Source: an uncultured Gammaproteobacteria bacterium (lineage in GTDB: Bacteria > Patescibacteriota > Patescibacteriia > Patescibacteriales > UBA12465). From it: DNA of 48,339 nucleotides. The stretch is taken from the NCBI GenBank assembly GCA_964355275.1, contig CAYHCB010000007.1:2759-51097 (forward strand). The letters are read 5' to 3'. Below the pieces are notes generated by a model. That model did not search any database. It had not been told where the DNA came from and was given only the letters and a program-made list of their open reading frames with translations. Below, piece after piece: positions 45,123-48,339 of this stretch. The position numbers were made by a program, and so were the translations under genes. Position 1 is the first letter of the stretch, and the number at the start of each line of letters is the position of its first letter.

Positions 45123-45221
45123 ATGAAAAGAAAAAAACTAATAAAGATTTTTTGGATTATTATTTCTTCAATTGTTATTATTTCGATGATGGCCTTATCT
45201 CTTGGTTCTGTTTTATTTTAA
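45123..45221 (+). CDS. 32-aa single-TM small protein missed by the ORF track
   Basis: MKRKKLIKIFWIIISSIVIISMMALSLGSVLF*; basic N-terminus plus hydrophobic helix, 5 bp after the lepA stop. Confidence 0.65.
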   Translation: MKRKKLIKIFWIIISSIVIISMMALSLGSVLF

Positions 45222-45249
45222 TTAAATATCCCTTTTAACATATCCTCTT

Positions 45250-47076
45250 ATGAAGCAATGGCAATTATACCCCGTCGCTCCGGTCGACTTTTTAAATAGT
45301 CGCTCAGATTTGTCTCCACTTATTGTGCAACTTTTATATAATCGTGGATTACAAGAAGTTTCAGCGCTTGAAGCTTTTTTACATGATATTTTACCTATTG
45401 ATAAAACTTTAGATATTGTTGGTGTGTCTGATTTACGTTTTTATGATCCTTTTTTATTTAAAAATATGGCCGCGGCCGTAGATTTAATAATTTTAAATAT
45501 TAAAGCTGGTAATAAAATTATTGTTTATGGTGATTATGATGCCGATGGTGTCACTGCTTCAGTGGTTTTGCTAGAAACACTTAAGGCGTTACAGGCTAAG
45601 GTTGAAGTTTATTTACCAGATAGAGTAACCGAGGGCTATGGTTTAAATTGTGCCGCCATTGATCAAATTACGGATCAAGGCGCTTCTTTAGTAATTACCG
45701 TTGATAATGGGATTAGAAATAAAGAAGAGGTAGTTTATGCTAAAAGCCGTGGTTTAGAAATTATAATAACTGATCATCATATTTTGCCCGAGTTAACAGC
45801 TGACTTACCGCCATGTCTTATTATTAATCCGTCGGATAAAAATGATTTTTATCCTTGGCCTTATTTAGCTGGAGTAGGCGTATCTTTTAAATTAGCTAGC
45901 GCGATAATTCATAAATCTAATTTACCTTTAAATCAAAAACGATTGATTATGGAGAAAGCTTTAGATTTAGTAGCCGTTGGTACTATTGCTGATATGGTGA
46001 GTTTATTGGGTGAAAATAGATTACTAGTTAAACGAGGATTACAACTTTTAAATCAAGGTAAACGACAAGGGTTAAATGAATTAGTAAAAATTTCTAAAGG
46101 CAACAACAACAAAAAATTAGAAGCTTGGAATGTTGGTTGGCAGATAGGACCACGTCTTAATGCAGCTAGTCGTTTAGGACATGCCAACAGCGCCTTTGCG
46201 TTACTTACAGCGGAAACAGAAACTGATGCCGCTGAACTTGCCGCTGAGCTTAACTCGCGTAATTTAGAACGACAGAAAATTACGGAAGAAATTATTTCTC
46301 AGGTAGAATTACAAATTGATCCTAAAAATGTCCCCCCGATTATTATTGGTTTAGCTGAAGAGGGGCAAGTTTGGAATGAGGGCGTCATTGGTCTTGTGGC
46401 TGGTAAAATTTGTGAAAAATATTACCGCCCAACTTTAATTATTAGCAGAATTATTGAAAATGCTGAGCTTGATCCAGTGACCAATCAAATGATTCCTACT
46501 AAAATATCATTTAAGGCTTCGGGGCGCTCGATTGAAGATTTAAATTTAATCGCTAGTATTTCTGAGGCTTCAGAATTTTTAGATAAATACGGAGGGCACC
46601 CAATGGCTTGTGGATTCTCGGTTGAAAGCGAAGAACGTTTAGAACAATTTAAAACAAAAATTAAAGCTATCGCCGCTGAAAAATTACAAGGGAAGGAGCT
46701 ATCTCCTCGTCTGCGTATAGAGGCGGAACTTAAAATAGAAAATGTTAATTTGGATTTGGCGGAAGAGATTTCTACTTTAGCTCCTTTTGGACAAAATAAT
46801 TCTCAACCTAAATTTGTTAGTTATGGTTTACGAGTGGATGAAATAATGACCATCGGTTTTGATAGCCAACATATAAAATTTCGTTTATCACCAAGTGATC
46901 GTGCTTTTGCTAAGGGTATTTGGGCAATTTCTTTTGGTTCAGCTGAGGAGTATAAAGCCGTTTGCGTTGGTGATTTAGTGGACGCTGTTTATTATTTAGA
47001 TATAAATGATTTTAATGGTCGCCGCGAAGCGCAACTTCGTTTAGTTGATTTGCGACCAGCCGTCTTAAATGATTAA
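45250..47076 (+). CDS. recJ: ssDNA-specific exonuclease RecJ
   Basis: GDYDADG, EGYGL, TVDNG, TDHH, PRLNAASRL, GGHPMACG, APFGQNN. Confidence 0.96.
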   Translation: MKQWQLYPVAPVDFLNSRSDLSPLIVQLLYNRGLQEVSALEAFLHDILPIDKTLDIVGVSDLRFYDPFLFKNMAAAVDLIILNIKAGNKIIVYGDYDADGVTASVVLLETLKALQAKVEVYLPDRVTEGYGLNCAAIDQITDQGASLVITVDNGIRNKEEVVYAKSRGLEIIITDHHILPELTADLPPCLIINPSDKNDFYPWPYLAGVGVSFKLASAIIHKSNLPLNQKRLIMEKALDLVAVGTIADMVSLLGENRLLVKRGLQLLNQGKRQGLNELVKISKGNNNKKLEAWNVGWQIGPRLNAASRLGHANSAFALLTAETETDAAELAAELNSRNLERQKITEEIISQVELQIDPKNVPPIIIGLAEEGQVWNEGVIGLVAGKICEKYYRPTLIISRIIENAELDPVTNQMIPTKISFKASGRSIEDLNLIASISEASEFLDKYGGHPMACGFSVESEERLEQFKTKIKAIAAEKLQGKELSPRLRIEAELKIENVNLDLAEEISTLAPFGQNNSQPKFVSYGLRVDEIMTIGFDSQHIKFRLSPSDRAFAKGIWAISFGSAEEYKAVCVGDLVDAVYYLDINDFNGRREAQLRLVDLRPAVLND

Positions 47077-47082
47077 AATAAT

Positions 47083-47496
47083 ATGAAAAAAATAATTATT
47101 TATAGTGATGGTGGCGCGCGCGGTAATCCTGGCCCAGCGGGAATCGGTGCAGTTTTAAGTAATGATAAAAATGAGGTAGTAGCTGAAATTTCTAAGTATC
47201 TAGGAGAAACAACTAATAACCAAGCAGAATATCAAGCTTTAATTGCCGCTCTAGAAAAAGCTAAAGAGCTAAAGGCTGATGAACTGGAATGTTATCTAGA
47301 TAGTGAATTAGTAGTTAAACAGCTTAACCGCGAGTATAAAGTTAAAAATTCGGAACTAGCTACTTTATTTTTAAAAGTTCATAATTTATCTTTATCATTT
47401 AAAAAAATAAAATTTATTCATATTCGTCGCGAACAAAATAAGGAGGCTGACTTATTAGCTAACGTCGCCATGGATAAGGGGATGAGTATAATATAA
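47083..47496 (+). CDS. rnhA: Ribonuclease HI family protein
   Basis: DGGARGNPG, TNNQAEY, DSELVV, REQNKEAD. Confidence 0.93.
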   Translation: MKKIIIYSDGGARGNPGPAGIGAVLSNDKNEVVAEISKYLGETTNNQAEYQALIAALEKAKELKADELECYLDSELVVKQLNREYKVKNSELATLFLKVHNLSLSFKKIKFIHIRREQNKEADLLANVAMDKGMSII

Positions 47497-47506
47497 TTAT
47501 TTGGCA

Positions 47507-47545
47507 ATAAAAAAATACCTTAATTAAAAATAAGGTATTTTTTAT
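47507..47545. terminator. Bidirectional terminator between rnhA and the pilin gene
   Basis: AAAAAATACCTTA-loop-TAAGGTATTTTTT. Confidence 0.8.
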
Positions 47546-47551
47546 ATCTAA

Positions 47552-48339
47552 TTATTGAATATGTAAATGTCCGCCAGTGGTATATTTTGTCTGGGTACCA
47601 TTACAGGCTACGTATTCATTTAATACTTTTATGCCCTGAGACTCTAAAGAGCTAATTAGGTTTTCTACGTCTTTGCAGGTGTAATTAGCCTTAGTAATAG
47701 TTATGTCAGCACACATTCCGTTATAATGACATTTTGATTGATGAACAGCTGTGGGTGGGTATGATTCACTAATATAAATATTTTTATTACCGGCATAAAC
47801 TTTTAGTAGTTTTCCGGCTAGGACACTATTCAAAATTCCTTGCTCTCTTTTATCATAGGGAATTGGTTTAATTGATGAACAACCACTACATTCTTTACTG
47901 CCTTCAACATTACCTTCATCTGAAGCTGGTTCGATATCAGAAACATATGACAGCATTAAAGTTTTTTGTTTTGTTAAATCAGGATTTATAAAGCTAAGTA
48001 GTAAGCTCATCGCAATCATAATTAGTAGACCAACTATACTACCAAAAATCATTTCTTTGGCTTTTGTTATTTTTCCACTATCACCACCAGAAGCGATCCA
48101 CAAAAAACCAGCGGCCATTAAGATAAGAACGGCTATAATTCCGACTATTGTTAATCCGTAGCTGTAAATAGCAAAAGTGTATTCCGATATCCAGGATATT
48201 CCGCAGGTAACTTGGCTTTCGATAATCGTACATCGCGGCTCGCTTAATTCATCAAGTCCCGGTATTTTTACCTGAAATTTTAGAATATTAAATTTAGGTT
48301 CTATTATCTCATTTGGTACTGGGGCTTTACTGCAACACA
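47552..48339 (-). CDS. CPR-type (VirB2/TrbC-like) pilin with a C-terminal Hedgehog/M15-like Zn-peptidase-fold domain; 5' end outside the window
   Basis: Frame is open to the window edge: ...QVKIPG...WISEYTFAIYSYGLTIVGIIAVLILMAAGFLWIASGGDSGKITKAKEMIFGSIVGLLIM...INPDL, then SKCHYNGMCAD (H-x6-D) and GGHLHI (HxH). Confidence 0.75.
   Translation of the reverse strand, partial: CCSKAPVPNEIIEPKFNILKFQVKIPGLDELSEPRCTIIESQVTCGISWISEYTFAIYSYGLTIVGIIAVLILMAAGFLWIASGGDSGKITKAKEMIFGSIVGLLIMIAMSLLLSFINPDLTKQKTLMLSYVSDIEPASDEGNVEGSKECSGCSSIKPIPYDKREQGILNSVLAGKLLKVYAGNKNIYISESYPPTAVHQSKCHYNGMCADITITKANYTCKDVENLISSLESQGIKVLNEYVACNGTQTKYTTGGHLHIQ

Overview
AT-rich (roughly one-third GC by eye) bacterial chromosomal segment made mostly of core genes. 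The gene set, the lack of obvious Shine-Dalgarno sites, tRNAs without encoded CCA and a CPR-type pilin suggest a Patescibacteria/CPR genome, probably Parcubacteria/ABY1-like (inference). TGA ends genes, so the code is 11. Content: tRNA-Arg, HU, RNase Y, infB-rbfA, nrnA, rpsP-khpA-trmD, rpsT-rpsO-NYN-pnp, four tRNAs, polA-murL/murD fusion-holA, tRNA-Ala, a LysM/M23 peptidase, gpmI, a stand-alone RNAP alpha-CTD-like protein, a SIS protein, yebC-ruvC-CDF-ftsK, murE, rpoBC, a GT2/TMTC-like/murJ envelope cluster, lepA, recJ, rnhA and a partial pilin. No CRISPR array, IS or prophage was seen. Most notable: (1) a single-polypeptide MurL epimerase-MurD ligase, an alternative D-Glu route, plus a MurE with an atypical specificity motif; (2) a pilin fused to a Hedgehog/M15-like Zn-peptidase-fold domain; (3) a DPM-synthase-like plus TMTC-like candidate protein glycosylation locus; (4) a free alpha-CTD protein; (5) a structured ~230-nt RNA upstream of rny (6S-like candidate) and a structured, terminator-ended rpoB leader; (6) repeated leaderless promoters and a probable ATT-initiated gene. 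All family calls come from motif recognition, not database searches.
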